DNA from: a virus
Length of the DNA stretch: 64,000 bases
Virus record (IMG/VR): IMGVR_UViG_3300046648_000141
Location: 3,914 to 67,913 of that record
Strand: one strand, 5' to 3'
Shown here in pieces: positions 9,294 through 19,122 of the stretch. Position numbers and translations under genes: made by a program. The stretch's first letter is position 1, and each line of letters begins with the position of its first letter. The notes under the pieces are model-generated. The model was not told the origin of the DNA. It searched no databases and was given only the letters and a program-made list of their open reading frames with translations.

Positions 9294-9533
9294 TCACTTC
9301 TGGCGCCGCATAGCCGCAACTTCGCGGCGCTGATCGGCCTCCGCCTTGCGGCGCTGCTCTTCCAGCTCCACGTCGATGATGGAGACGGAAGACACATGCA
9401 CGCCCATTCCGCACGGGTCGGAATAGTGGCGCATGTAGCTGTCAGCCTCGCGGCTGGCGGCGGACTGGGACGGGAACCGTCCGTCCAGGTTGACGGAGAA
9501 CCCGTCTGAAAGAGTAGCTTGCAATCTGAACAT
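9294..9533 (-). CDS. hypothetical protein
   Basis: GGAGG RBS; first gene of antisense operon. Confidence 0.55.
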   Translation of the reverse strand: MFRLQATLSDGFSVNLDGRFPSQSAASREADSYMRHYSDPCGMGVHVSSVSIIDVELEEQRRKAEADQRREVAAMRRQK

Positions 9534-9596
9534 GGCGCGGCCTCCCCGGTTAAGCCATTGGCAGGACAGGTGAAATTACCTCCGCCTAACCCATAA

Positions 9597-9626
9597 CACT
9601 AGCGCGCTTGCGTTACTCTCGCAAGC
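9597..9626 (-). promoter_or_regulatory. RpoD-like promoter of antisense operon
   Basis: CTTGCG-N17-CTAGTG; contains inverted repeat GCTTGCG-N7-CGCAAGC. Confidence 0.45.
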
Positions 9627-9657
9627 TGAAAACATAGGATCAGCAAGGAAATCTGAC

Positions 9658-10059
9658 ATGAAAAGTCCCGGACGCCCGGCGCACAAGCCGACGGATCAGA
9701 GCCGGCGCACGGTCGAAGTCTTGGCCGGCATGGCAATCCCCAGTGACAGGATTGCCGACGCTCTGGATATCGCCAAGGGAACACTGCGGAAGCACTACCG
9801 GCGAGAGCTGGATGTTGGCGCCGCGAAGGTGGAGGCAAAGCTCGTTGGCGGTCTGCTGGCGATTGCCGGCGGCAAGGACGCCACGGCCCTGAAAGCGATC
9901 ATGTTTACGCTGCAATCCCGCTTCGGCTGGTCCGCCTACGTGCCGCGACCTGTTTCGCCGAGCGATGAGCACCCGCGCCAGCTCGGCAAAAAAGAGATGC
10001 AGCAAATCGAGGCCGAGACCGGTCATCATAAATCGGAATGGGGCACCTTGCTCCAGTGA
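9658..10059 (+). CDS. terS: terminase small subunit
   Basis: HTH-like IADALDIAKGTLRKHYRREL; C-terminal LGKKE..W..LL; abuts terL. Confidence 0.75.
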   Translation: MKSPGRPAHKPTDQSRRTVEVLAGMAIPSDRIADALDIAKGTLRKHYRRELDVGAAKVEAKLVGGLLAIAGGKDATALKAIMFTLQSRFGWSAYVPRPVSPSDEHPRQLGKKEMQQIEAETGHHKSEWGTLLQ

Positions 10060-11726
10060 CAGCCTGGGCCTTTGCCTGCCCGGACTGGGAGGAGCGACTC
10101 CTCACCGGGAAATCACTGATCCCGGACCTTCCGCTGGATGAGAGCGAGGCCCGGCGCGCGGTCTCTATTTTCGACAAGCTGCGTTTGCCTGACGTTCCCG
10201 GCCAGCCGCTATTGCGCGACGCCGCCGGCAACTGGCAGCGGGATATCGTCCGCGCGATCTTCGGCTCATTGATCGACGGCGTCCGCATGGTGGGCGAAGT
10301 CTTTTGCATGGTGCCGAAGAAGAATTCGAAAACGACCGGCGGCGCCGCGATCACACTCACCGCTTTCCTGATGAATGCCCGGCCGCGCGCCGAACTGATC
10401 TATGTCGGGCCGACGCAGGAAGTGGCTGACCTCGCCTTTCAGCAGACCGTGGGCATGATTGAGGCCGACGAATACCTCGCGGCGCGCTTTCATGTGGCGC
10501 ACCACACGAAGACCATCCTGGACCGCCGCAACAAGGCCCGGCTGAAGATCAAGACGTTCGACATGAAGGTGATCACCGGCTCGAAGCCGGTCTTCGTCCT
10601 CCTGGACGAGCTGCATCTGATGGCGACGATCAACGGCGCCGCGCGGATTATCGGTCAGATTAGGGGCGGTCTCCTGCCTAACCCGGAGGCGGTCCTGATC
10701 ATGATCACGACGCAATCGGATGAACCGCCGGCCGGCGCCTTCAAAGCCGAACTGCAATATGCCAGGGCAATCCGCGATGGCCGCGTCAAGGGCTCGGTGC
10801 TGCCGATCCTCTATGAGTTCCCCGAAGCCATGCAGAAGCGGGCGGATTGGCGCGAGCCCGGAAACTGGCCGATGGTCCTACCCAATCTCGGGCGCTCAAT
10901 CACCATCGACCGCCTTGTCAGCGACTACAGCGCGGCGCGGGAAAAGGGCGAAGAGGAAGAGCGCCGCTGGGCAAGCCAGCATCTGAACGTCGAGATCGGT
11001 GTCGCCTTGCATAGCGACCGCTGGATTGGCGCCGACTATTGGATGAGTGCAGCGGACCCGGTCATCACCATCGACTCGCTGATTGAAGATTCCGACTGCG
11101 TTGTCTTCGGCATCGACGGTGGCGGCCTGGATGATCTTTACGGCCTCGCGGCGATCGGCCGGCACAAGGTCACCCGTGATTGGCGCCTATGGACGCACGC
11201 CTGGGCTCACACCGACGTCCTCAAGCTCCGGAAGGAAATTGCCGAACGCCTTCGGGATTTCGAGCGGGACGGCGATCTGACTATTTGCGAGCACCCGACG
11301 CAGGACGTTCGGGACATCGCTGACGTCATCCAACGCGCCCGCGATGCCGGCGTCCTGCCTGAGAAGGCCGGCGTGGGTCTCGATCCGGTCGGCGTCTCCG
11401 CAATGGTCGATGAGCTTGCCGTGCGCGGCATCACCGGCGAACAGGTCGTTGCCATTGCTCAGGGCTACCGGCTTTCCGGCGCCGTGTGGGGCATGGAGCG
11501 AAAGCTGAAGGACGGCACGCTCTGGCATGACGGTTCACCGATGATGGCGTGGTGCGTCGGCAACGCCAAGGTCGAGCAGCGCGGCAATGCCGTGGTCATC
11601 ACCAAACAGGCATCAGGCAAAGCAAAAATTGATCCGCTCGTCGCCGCCTTCGACGCGGCCATGCTGATGAGCCGGAACCCCGAGCCCCAACGGCAACCGA
11701 CCTACCAAATGGTTTTCGTCGGATAA
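10056..11726 (+). CDS. terL: terminase large subunit
   Basis: Walker A variant PKKNSKTT, Walker B LLDELH, ITTQS, nuclease GIDGGGLDD and KIDPLVA. Confidence 0.95.
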   Translation: MTAWAFACPDWEERLLTGKSLIPDLPLDESEARRAVSIFDKLRLPDVPGQPLLRDAAGNWQRDIVRAIFGSLIDGVRMVGEVFCMVPKKNSKTTGGAAITLTAFLMNARPRAELIYVGPTQEVADLAFQQTVGMIEADEYLAARFHVAHHTKTILDRRNKARLKIKTFDMKVITGSKPVFVLLDELHLMATINGAARIIGQIRGGLLPNPEAVLIMITTQSDEPPAGAFKAELQYARAIRDGRVKGSVLPILYEFPEAMQKRADWREPGNWPMVLPNLGRSITIDRLVSDYSAAREKGEEEERRWASQHLNVEIGVALHSDRWIGADYWMSAADPVITIDSLIEDSDCVVFGIDGGGLDDLYGLAAIGRHKVTRDWRLWTHAWAHTDVLKLRKEIAERLRDFERDGDLTICEHPTQDVRDIADVIQRARDAGVLPEKAGVGLDPVGVSAMVDELAVRGITGEQVVAIAQGYRLSGAVWGMERKLKDGTLWHDGSPMMAWCVGNAKVEQRGNAVVITKQASGKAKIDPLVAAFDAAMLMSRNPEPQRQPTYQMVFVG

Positions 11727-11744
11727 CACCAGGACCAACCAGCC

Positions 11745-13715
11745 ATGAACAGAGCCTATTCAATCCTGACCGTGAAGGCGGTCGAGGACGAGCAGCGCGT
11801 GATCCGGGGCACGGCGACCACGCCGACGCCCGACAGAATGGGCGACATCGTGGAGCCGCTGGGCGTCAAGTTCACAAACCCGATGCCGCTCCTGTGGCAG
11901 CACAAGAGCGACAAGCCGGTGGGCACCGTCACCTTCGACAAGCCGACGAAGAACGGCATCTCGTTCGAGGCCAAGCTGCCGAAGATCGAAGAGCCGGGCG
12001 CGCTGAAGGACCGCATCGACGAGGCATGGCAGTCGCTCAAGGCCGGACTTGTCACCGCCGTGTCGATCGGCTTCCGCACCATCGAATACGCCTTCATCGA
12101 AGCCACCGGCGGCATTCACTTCACCGAGACCGAAGTCCTGGAGCTGTCGCTGGTCACCATCCCGGCCCAGGCCGACGCAACCATTTCCCAAATCAAGTCG
12201 ATTGATGCGCCCTTGCTAGCCGCGACTGGCAAACAGCCAAAGGCGTCAGATCGACCCGTCCCTCCCGGCGTCACGGGAAAATCCAAACCCGTAAACCTGA
12301 AAGAGACATCAGCCATGAAAACGCTGGCAGAACAGATCGCCGCGCTTGAAGCCAAGCGCGCCGCGAACACCTCCCGCATGGAAGAGGTGATGCAGAAGAG
12401 CATCGAAGAAGGCCGCTCGACCGATGAGGCCGAGCAGGAGGAGTTCGACACGCTTGGGCAGGAAGTCGATGCAATCGACAAGGACCTCAAGCGCCTCAAG
12501 CTCCTGGAAAAGGCGAAGGCCAATTCCGCCACGCCGGTCACGCCGAAGGCTGAAACCGGCAAGGAAGCCTCCACCCTCCGCGCTGGCGTGTCCGTCAAGA
12601 ACACCCAGAAGGCCGAGCCCGGCATCCAGTTCGCCCGCATCGCCAAGTGCATCGGCATGGCGAAGGGCAACATGATGCAGGCGGAGCAGATTGCCATCCA
12701 GCGCTATGGCGATCAGGACGTGGTCGTGAATGCGATCAAGGCCGCCGTCGCGGCCGGCGCGAACGTCAGCGGCAACTGGGCCGAAGACCTCGTTGGCGAC
12801 ACCACCTCGGCGTTTGCCGACTTTGTCGAGTTCCTTCGTCCCCAGACGATCATCGGCAAGTTCGGCACCAACGGGATTCCCTCCCTCCGCCGGGTGCCGT
12901 TCCGCGTTCCTCTGATCGGCCAGACCGCCGGGGGTGACGGCTACTGGGTGGGTGAAGGGAAGCCGAAGCCGCTGACCGCGTTCGACTTCTCGCGCAACAC
13001 GCTGGAGCCGCTGAAGGTGGCGAACATCGCCGTCGTCACTATGGAAGTCCTTCGCGACTCCAGCCCTTCGGCTGAGATGATCGTGCGCGACTCCCTGGCG
13101 GCAGCGCTCCGCGAACGTCTCGATACCGACTTCATCAATCCGGCCAAGGCCGCCTCTGCTGGCGTGTCCCCGGCCTCGATTACCAATGGAGTCGCCGCGC
13201 CGAACTCGGCCGGCAATGATGCGGACTCCATCCGTGAGGACATCCGCACCATCTTCGGGACTTTCATCGCGGCCAACAACGCTCCGACCTCGGGCGTGTG
13301 GATCATGGCAGCAACGACGGCCCTCTCGCTGTCGCTGATGCAGAATCCGCTCGGCCAGTCGGAGTTCCCCGGCATCAGCATGAACGGCGGCACGCTGTTC
13401 GGCCTGCCGGTGATCGTGTCCGAGTATGTCCCGACCGTCTCGGCCGGCGGCTATGTCTTCCTCGTCAACGCCCAGGACATCTATCTGGCAGACGAAGGCG
13501 GCATCACCCTCGACATGAGCCGCGAAGCCTCGCTGCAAATGAACGATGCTCCGACCACTCAGGATGCCACGACCGGCACCGGCACTTCGCTGGTCTCGCT
13601 GTGGCAGACCAACGCGGTCGGCTTCCTCGCCGAACGGACCATCAACTGGGCCAAGCGGCGTGCGAGCGCGGTCGCAGCGATCGACACCGTGAATTGGGGC
13701 CAGCCCGGCTCCTGA
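11745..13715 (+). CDS. HK97-type prohead protease - major capsid protein fusion
   Basis: Protease motifs LLWQH, SIGF, ELSLVTIPA; coiled-coil delta domain; capsid WVGEG.PKP. Confidence 0.93.
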   Translation: MNRAYSILTVKAVEDEQRVIRGTATTPTPDRMGDIVEPLGVKFTNPMPLLWQHKSDKPVGTVTFDKPTKNGISFEAKLPKIEEPGALKDRIDEAWQSLKAGLVTAVSIGFRTIEYAFIEATGGIHFTETEVLELSLVTIPAQADATISQIKSIDAPLLAATGKQPKASDRPVPPGVTGKSKPVNLKETSAMKTLAEQIAALEAKRAANTSRMEEVMQKSIEEGRSTDEAEQEEFDTLGQEVDAIDKDLKRLKLLEKAKANSATPVTPKAETGKEASTLRAGVSVKNTQKAEPGIQFARIAKCIGMAKGNMMQAEQIAIQRYGDQDVVVNAIKAAVAAGANVSGNWAEDLVGDTTSAFADFVEFLRPQTIIGKFGTNGIPSLRRVPFRVPLIGQTAGGDGYWVGEGKPKPLTAFDFSRNTLEPLKVANIAVVTMEVLRDSSPSAEMIVRDSLAAALRERLDTDFINPAKAASAGVSPASITNGVAAPNSAGNDADSIREDIRTIFGTFIAANNAPTSGVWIMAATTALSLSLMQNPLGQSEFPGISMNGGTLFGLPVIVSEYVPTVSAGGYVFLVNAQDIYLADEGGITLDMSREASLQMNDAPTTQDATTGTGTSLVSLWQTNAVGFLAERTINWAKRRASAVAAIDTVNWGQPGS

Positions 13716-13722
13716 TCCTGAT

Positions 13723-13755
13723 CTGGCCGCGCTCTTCCGGGCGCGGCCAGTTTTT
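13723..13755 (+). terminator. Rho-independent terminator after capsid gene
   Basis: CTGGCCGCGC-N8-GCGCGGCCAG then TTTTT. Confidence 0.8.
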
Positions 13756-13801
13756 CCGTTTGTGGCGCCTCCGGCCTGAAACTCGCAAAGGACCCCCCGC
13801 T

Positions 13802-14131
13802 ATGAAATCTCAAGGCTACCTGACCCGCGCCATGCAGTCGTCCGATCCGCGTTATCTTCAGGTGTTGCTTCGGCTCGGTTATGTCATTCCCTCCGCGCCA
13901 ATGCCCGGCGGCCAAGCCGCTCCCGCTCCCGTACCGGCCGCACCAGTCGCAACCGCACCAGCCCCGGAGCCTGAAGAGACCGAAGAGGAAAAGGAGCTGA
14001 AGAAGGTCCGCGACGATTATGAGCGCGTGACCGGCAAACGCCCGTATTACGCCTGGGACGCGGCCGAGCTGCGGCGCCGCATTGCGGACTTCCGGAAAGC
14101 GGAAGCCCATTCGCAGGGCAACCAGGGATAA
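13802..14131 (+). CDS. hypothetical head-associated protein
   Basis: YLTRAM..LGY, Pro/Ala linker, C-terminal GKRPYYAWDA.ELR module. Confidence 0.7.
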   Translation: MKSQGYLTRAMQSSDPRYLQVLLRLGYVIPSAPMPGGQAAPAPVPAAPVATAPAPEPEETEEEKELKKVRDDYERVTGKRPYYAWDAAELRRRIADFRKAEAHSQGNQG

Positions 14132-14137
14132 ATCAAG

Positions 14138-15499
14138 GTGCGGCTATTCGGAATCCCCCTCCCGTTCACCGGCGAGCGCAAGGCGCTTTCGTCCGTCACT
14201 GAAAACCGCGCCGGCTGGTTTCGTGTCTTCGAAAGCTTCTCCGGCGCGTGGCAGCAGAACATCACGGTCGATCGCGACCTCGTGCTGTCCTATCACGCTA
14301 TTTACGCCTGCATGACGCTGATCGCGGCGGACATCTCCAAGCTGCGCATCAAGCTCGTCCAGCAGGACCCCGATACCGGCATCTGGAGCGAAATCAGGAA
14401 TAACGCCTACACGCCCGTGCTCCGCAAACCGAACCCCTATCAGAACCGCATCCAGTTCCTTGAAAACTGGATTTTGTCGAAGCTCATTCGCGGCAACACT
14501 TACGTCCTGAAGGTGCGCGACAATCGCGGCGTGGTCACCGGCATGTATGTGCTGGACCCTAACCGGGTCACGCCGTTGGTCTCGGATAGCGGCGAGGTGT
14601 TCTATCAGCTCATGACCGACAATCTGGCGGCGATCGAAAGCGATATCGTCGTGCCGGCGCGGGAGATCATCCATGACCGGATGAACTGCCTGTTTCACCC
14701 GCTTGTCGGCGTGTCGCCAATCTTCGCGGCCGGCGTCGCCGCCACACAGGGCCTCCGCATCCAGAATAACTCGGCCAACTTCTTCGGCAACAATAGCCAG
14801 CCGGGCGGCATCCTGACGGCGGCGGGCGCGATTTCCGATGACACGGCGGCACGGCTAAAGGCGGCCTGGGAATCCGGCTACACGGGCAAGAATGCCGGCA
14901 AGATCGCCGTTGTCGGCGACGGGCTGGAGTTCAAGCAGCTCACGCTGACGGCGGAAGACAGCCAGTTGATCGAGCAATTGCGCTGGACCTCCGAAGTGGT
15001 TTGCTCGGTCTTTCACGTTCCGCCCTACAAGATCGGCGTCGGCCCAATGCCGACCTACAACAATATTCAGTCACTGAACGTAGAATATTATTCTCAGTGC
15101 CTGCAAAAGCTGATCGAGGACGCCGAGCTGTGCCTTGATGAAGGGCTACAGACGAAAGAGGGGGTCGGCACCGAGTTTGACCTCAAGGGCCTTCTGCGGA
15201 TGGACAGCGTCACGCAGATGGAAATGCTGGACAAGGGCATCAAGGCCGGTTTGCTTTCACCCGACGAAGGCCGCCGCGATCTTGATTTGCCCCCGGTTCC
15301 CGGCGGTAACACGCCATACCTTCAGCAGCAAAACTACTCGCTTGCCGCCCTGGCGAAGCGTGATGCCCAGGAGAACCCATTCGGCGCATCCAAGCCGGCA
15401 CCAGCACCGGCAGAAGAACCGGCACCACCGGCGAATGACAATGCAATTGAGGCCGAGGCCCGCGCCGCTCTCATCGAACTCTACAAGGGACTCCGCTGA
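14138..15499 (+). CDS. HK97-family portal protein
   Basis: PNPYQ..F..RGNTY, IIH.R..GVSP, FHVPP, LSPDEGR..DLPPVPGG. Confidence 0.93.
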   Translation: MRLFGIPLPFTGERKALSSVTENRAGWFRVFESFSGAWQQNITVDRDLVLSYHAIYACMTLIAADISKLRIKLVQQDPDTGIWSEIRNNAYTPVLRKPNPYQNRIQFLENWILSKLIRGNTYVLKVRDNRGVVTGMYVLDPNRVTPLVSDSGEVFYQLMTDNLAAIESDIVVPAREIIHDRMNCLFHPLVGVSPIFAAGVAATQGLRIQNNSANFFGNNSQPGGILTAAGAISDDTAARLKAAWESGYTGKNAGKIAVVGDGLEFKQLTLTAEDSQLIEQLRWTSEVVCSVFHVPPYKIGVGPMPTYNNIQSLNVEYYSQCLQKLIEDAELCLDEGLQTKEGVGTEFDLKGLLRMDSVTQMEMLDKGIKAGLLSPDEGRRDLDLPPVPGGNTPYLQQQNYSLAALAKRDAQENPFGASKPAPAPAEEPAPPANDNAIEAEARAALIELYKGLR

Positions 15500-16794
15500 T
15501 GGCCGGTTTCGATTTCGACGGAAAGGCGTTTGGCGTGGAAATCGTCAGCGTCGTGAAGGATTATCTTGAGCGAAACCTTTCCCCGGTGATCGTTCGGCTT
15601 GATGCGCTGGAAAAGCGCCTGGCAGAGCAACCGGCTCCAAAGAACGGAGTCGACGGCAAGGATGGACAGGCAGGCAAGGACGGCGCCGACGCTGACCCGG
15701 AAATCGTCGCGGAGCTGGCACGGCAGAAGATCGCCGGCGAGCTGGCGGAGCTACGGGCGACGGTCGAAGCCATCCCGCCGGCACCGGAACTGCCGGACGT
15801 GGCCGCAATGATCGAGCGCGCCGTGAATGCGCTTCCCACTGAGGAAACCGTCGCGGCGATGATCGAAAAGCGCGTTTCAGAGCTGCCGGAGCCGCCGGCA
15901 CTGCCAGAGCCGCCGGATGTCGGCGCAATGATCGAAAACGCCATGCTTCCCTATGAGAAAGCCGTCGAGGCGCTGATCGAGAAGCATATCGCGGAGCTGC
16001 CGCCGTTGCCGGAGCTGCCGGAGCTACCGGACGTAGAAGGCATGATCAAAGCAGCGATCGAGACGGTTCCCACGGTCGATGAGGCCGCTATCCGGACCAT
16101 GATCGAAGCTCAGATCGCGGAGCTGCCGAAGCCGCAGGACGGCAAAAGCGTGACCGTCGAGGACGTGACGCCGCTCATTGATGAGAAGGTCGCCAAGGCT
16201 GTTGCTGCGATCCCGGTGCCGAAGGACGGCGCACCGGGCAAGGATGGAATCGACGGTAAAGAGGGCGCCCCCGGCAAGGATGGCGTCGGCTTCGCCGGTG
16301 CGATCATCGACCGCTCCGGCCACCTGAACATGACCCTCACCGACGGTCAGACACGCGACCTCGGCCCGGTCGTCGGCAAGGATGGCAAGGACGGCGAGCC
16401 CGGCAAGGATGGAGCTCCAGGCGAAGACGGCCTGGGCTTCGAAGAGATGGACGAAATCCTGGACGAAGACGGCCGGACCATCATCCGCCGCTATTCGCGC
16501 GACGGCCGGATCAAGGAATATCGTCACACCTTCGGCGTCGTGCTGGATAAAGGCGTCTTCAAGGACGGCACTGAATATCAGCGCGGCGACGGCGTGTCCT
16601 ATGGCGGTTCCTTCTGGATCGCTCAGGGCACGACCACGGACAAGCCGGACGACAAAACCGAAACCGGGCGGAAGAGCTGGCGGCTTGCCGTCAAACGCGG
16701 CCGGGATGGCAAGGACGGCATCGTGAAGGCCGAAAAGAAGGTGGAGCCGATCAAGGTCGGCGTTCCTTCGAAGGATGGTGGCGATGACGATTAA
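15499..16794 (+). CDS. collagen-like, Pro-rich repeat head-associated protein
   Basis: G-X-D triplet runs (GKDG), PELPDVxxMI repeats, C-terminal Y.RGD.VSYGGSFWIA..WRLAVKRGRDG. Confidence 0.75.
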   Translation: MAGFDFDGKAFGVEIVSVVKDYLERNLSPVIVRLDALEKRLAEQPAPKNGVDGKDGQAGKDGADADPEIVAELARQKIAGELAELRATVEAIPPAPELPDVAAMIERAVNALPTEETVAAMIEKRVSELPEPPALPEPPDVGAMIENAMLPYEKAVEALIEKHIAELPPLPELPELPDVEGMIKAAIETVPTVDEAAIRTMIEAQIAELPKPQDGKSVTVEDVTPLIDEKVAKAVAAIPVPKDGAPGKDGIDGKEGAPGKDGVGFAGAIIDRSGHLNMTLTDGQTRDLGPVVGKDGKDGEPGKDGAPGEDGLGFEEMDEILDEDGRTIIRRYSRDGRIKEYRHTFGVVLDKGVFKDGTEYQRGDGVSYGGSFWIAQGTTTDKPDDKTETGRKSWRLAVKRGRDGKDGIVKAEKKVEPIKVGVPSKDGGDDD

Positions 16795-17122
16795 GCTGGT
16801 CTCACTGGCAAGGGTCAAAAGCGCCCTCCGCATTGACACCAACATCGATGATGAGCTGCTTGACGCCTACATCGCGGCGGCGTCGGCGGCCGTGGTCAAT
16901 TATCTCAAGGCGCAAGCCGAGGTATTGCTCGATCTGGATAGCGGCGGTGAAATGCCGTCCGGCACCGAAGTGCCAGCGGAGATCGAAATCGCCACGATCA
17001 TCCTTGTCGGGCATTTCTACAAGGAACCGGACGGGGACGCCGAAGGGGCGTTCGAGCGGGGCTATTTGCCGAAGAAGGTGACGGCCCTCCTCTATCCCTT
17101 GCGTGATCCTGCCTTTGTATGA
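16784..17122 (+). CDS. head-tail connector (gp6-like)
   Basis: VSL..VK..LRID..DD.LL..YI.AA..LVGHFY..LLYPLR. Confidence 0.85.
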   Translation: MTIKLVSLARVKSALRIDTNIDDELLDAYIAAASAAVVNYLKAQAEVLLDLDSGGEMPSGTEVPAEIEIATIILVGHFYKEPDGDAEGAFERGYLPKKVTALLYPLRDPAFV

Positions 17123-17751
17123 GCGACCGTGGGCGGCGGCCGGACTGGTTCCCTGATTGGTCAGGGCAGACATGCGTCATCGTCGCTTCCGGACCGTCCG
17201 CGAAGGACGCGCCGATTGAAGCCGCGATCGACCGGGCGCGCTTCATGGTGATCAACACCTCCTGGAGGTTGGCGCCGTGGGCCGACATCCTCTTCGCCTG
17301 TGACGCGGCGTGGTGGAACCATTCCCAAGGTTGCAAGGCGTTCAAGGGCATGAAGGTCACCACCGACAAGGTGGCGGCCCGCACCTTCCCGGATATCCAT
17401 CTGGTCGAATGCCTCAAGCCCGACGATCGCCTGATCCTCAAGCCGGTCGGGACGATCGGATGGGGCGGCAATAGCGGTTTTCACTGCCTCAATCTCGCGG
17501 TGCAGGCCCAATGCGCCAAGATCATCCTTGTCGGCTACGACATGACGCTCACCGGCGGTCTGCATTGGCACGGGGCGCACCCGGACGGCATGAGCAACCC
17601 GAGGTCCGGCAACGTCGAGCGCTGGCGCCGGGCGGTCGATGCAGCGGCAAAGGTCATCAAGCCGCTGGGTATCAAGGTCATCAACTGCTCGCCGGTTTCG
17701 ATGCTCCAGAACTATCCGAAAATGACATTCGAGGAAGCGCTGGAAGCATGA
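17119..17751 (+). CDS. Maf/GT29-like (DUF115/MptE-like fold) putative sugar transferase
   Basis: VIVASGPS, VIN..W..ADIL.ACD, GGNSG..LNLA..IILVGYDM, VINCS. Confidence 0.6.
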   Translation: MSDRGRRPDWFPDWSGQTCVIVASGPSAKDAPIEAAIDRARFMVINTSWRLAPWADILFACDAAWWNHSQGCKAFKGMKVTTDKVAARTFPDIHLVECLKPDDRLILKPVGTIGWGGNSGFHCLNLAVQAQCAKIILVGYDMTLTGGLHWHGAHPDGMSNPRSGNVERWRRAVDAAAKVIKPLGIKVINCSPVSMLQNYPKMTFEEALEA

Positions 17752-18350
17752 CGAAAGTGAAGACGGTTGCTTGTGTCCTCCGCTCCGGGGGCGAATACGC
17801 GCCGCACCACGTCACGCGATTGCGCGATCAGGTGGCGGAGCATTTGCCCGGCGCCGATTTTCGCTGCCTGTCCGACACAAGCGTTTCCGGAATCGAATGC
17901 ATCCCGCTTCGCTACACGTGGCCGGGATGGTGGGCGAAGATGGAGCTTTTCCGTCCGGACCTTCCTGACGACTGGCTCTTCTTCGACCTGGACACAAGCA
18001 TCGTCGGCAGTCTCGCGGACATGGCGGCGGTCGAGGGGCCGGTGATCATGCGTGACGTTTACCGGCCGGGCGGCTGGCAAAGCAGCGTCATGGCAATTCC
18101 GCATGAGATCAAGGCCACGATCTGGGAGGCTTTCACCGTCGCGCCGGAGAGCCGGATGCGGTTCGCGGTCGGCGGAGATCAGGTTTTTCTTGAGCGCTGC
18201 AAAGGCGTCGATTGGCGGCTGTGGCAGGACGTTTTGCCCGGTCAATTGTGCTCGTACAAGGCGGACGTGCGCCGGCTCGGTCGCAAGCCGCGCGGCGTCC
18301 GGGCGGTGATCTTCCACGGCAAACCGCGACCCTGGGAGGTAGGATGGTGA
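17748..18350 (+). CDS. GT-A fold glycosyltransferase (GT8-like)
   Basis: WWAKMELF, DxD motif FFDLDT, GDQ, VIFHGKPRPW. Confidence 0.8.
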   Translation: MTKVKTVACVLRSGGEYAPHHVTRLRDQVAEHLPGADFRCLSDTSVSGIECIPLRYTWPGWWAKMELFRPDLPDDWLFFDLDTSIVGSLADMAAVEGPVIMRDVYRPGGWQSSVMAIPHEIKATIWEAFTVAPESRMRFAVGGDQVFLERCKGVDWRLWQDVLPGQLCSYKADVRRLGRKPRGVRAVIFHGKPRPWEVGW

Positions 18351-18907
18351 AGCCCTTCGAACAGCGCGGCGGCGCAATCATCCGCCGCCTGCCGCAGAAC
18401 GCGCGTGTGGCCGAGGTCGGCGTGCTGATCGGCATCTTGTCCGAGTATCTGCTCCGCAACCGGACGGATATCACTCTTTACATGGTCGATAGCTGGCTTG
18501 AGGCCGGCGAACAGCCCGATCAATACCGCGCCACCGGCGACGTGCACGCCAACCATAATCGCAAGATCGTCCGCGATCATCGCGCCCAGGCGGAGAACCG
18601 CGCCCGGCATTTTCACGGTCGCGCGCAAGTCATGGCGGTGCCCTCGCTTGCGGCTGCGACCCGGTTTAATGACGCCGAACTCGATCTGGTCTTCCTGGAT
18701 GCTGATCACAGCTATGCCGGCGTCAGGGCTGACATCGCGGCGTGGCTACCGAAGGTTAAGCCGGGCGGCTGGATCGGCGGCCATGATTACAAGAACCCCG
18801 ATCCGGCGTTCCGCTTCGGCGTCACGGAAGCGGTCGATGAATGGGCCGAGGCGACCGGGCGCAAGATCGAAACCGACGCCAATTTCACTTGGTTTGCGAG
18901 GGTGTGA
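18344..18907 (+). CDS. class I SAM methyltransferase (Methyltransf_24-like)
   Basis: AEVGV..G, VDSW, LVFLDADHSY..D..W.PKVKPGG.I.GHDY. Confidence 0.85.
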   Translation: MVKPFEQRGGAIIRRLPQNARVAEVGVLIGILSEYLLRNRTDITLYMVDSWLEAGEQPDQYRATGDVHANHNRKIVRDHRAQAENRARHFHGRAQVMAVPSLAAATRFNDAELDLVFLDADHSYAGVRADIAAWLPKVKPGGWIGGHDYKNPDPAFRFGVTEAVDEWAEATGRKIETDANFTWFARV

Positions 18908-19122
18908 TGGCTCCAGTTTCTCCGAAGACGGCCCGGCTGGAAATCAGGGTGGATCAGCGTGGCAAGTTCCGCGCCTACTATGACGGCGAGCCTATGAGGG
19001 GCGTCGTCGCCGTCGATCTCAATCACCAATACGGCCAGCTCGCGACCACGACCGTGACCTTCGCCGGCGTGGCTACCCGGCTGGCGACCGAAGTTACAGA
19101 TGAGGTTGAAGATGGCGACTAA
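18907..19122 (+). CDS. hypothetical protein
   Basis: TGATG-coupled small ORF. Confidence 0.5.
   Translation: MAPVSPKTARLEIRVDQRGKFRAYYDGEPMRGVVAVDLNHQYGQLATTTVTFAGVATRLATEVTDEVEDGD

Noticed and set aside
12309-13538. 409-aa minus-strand ORF
   Set aside because: Antisense shadow of the capsid gene
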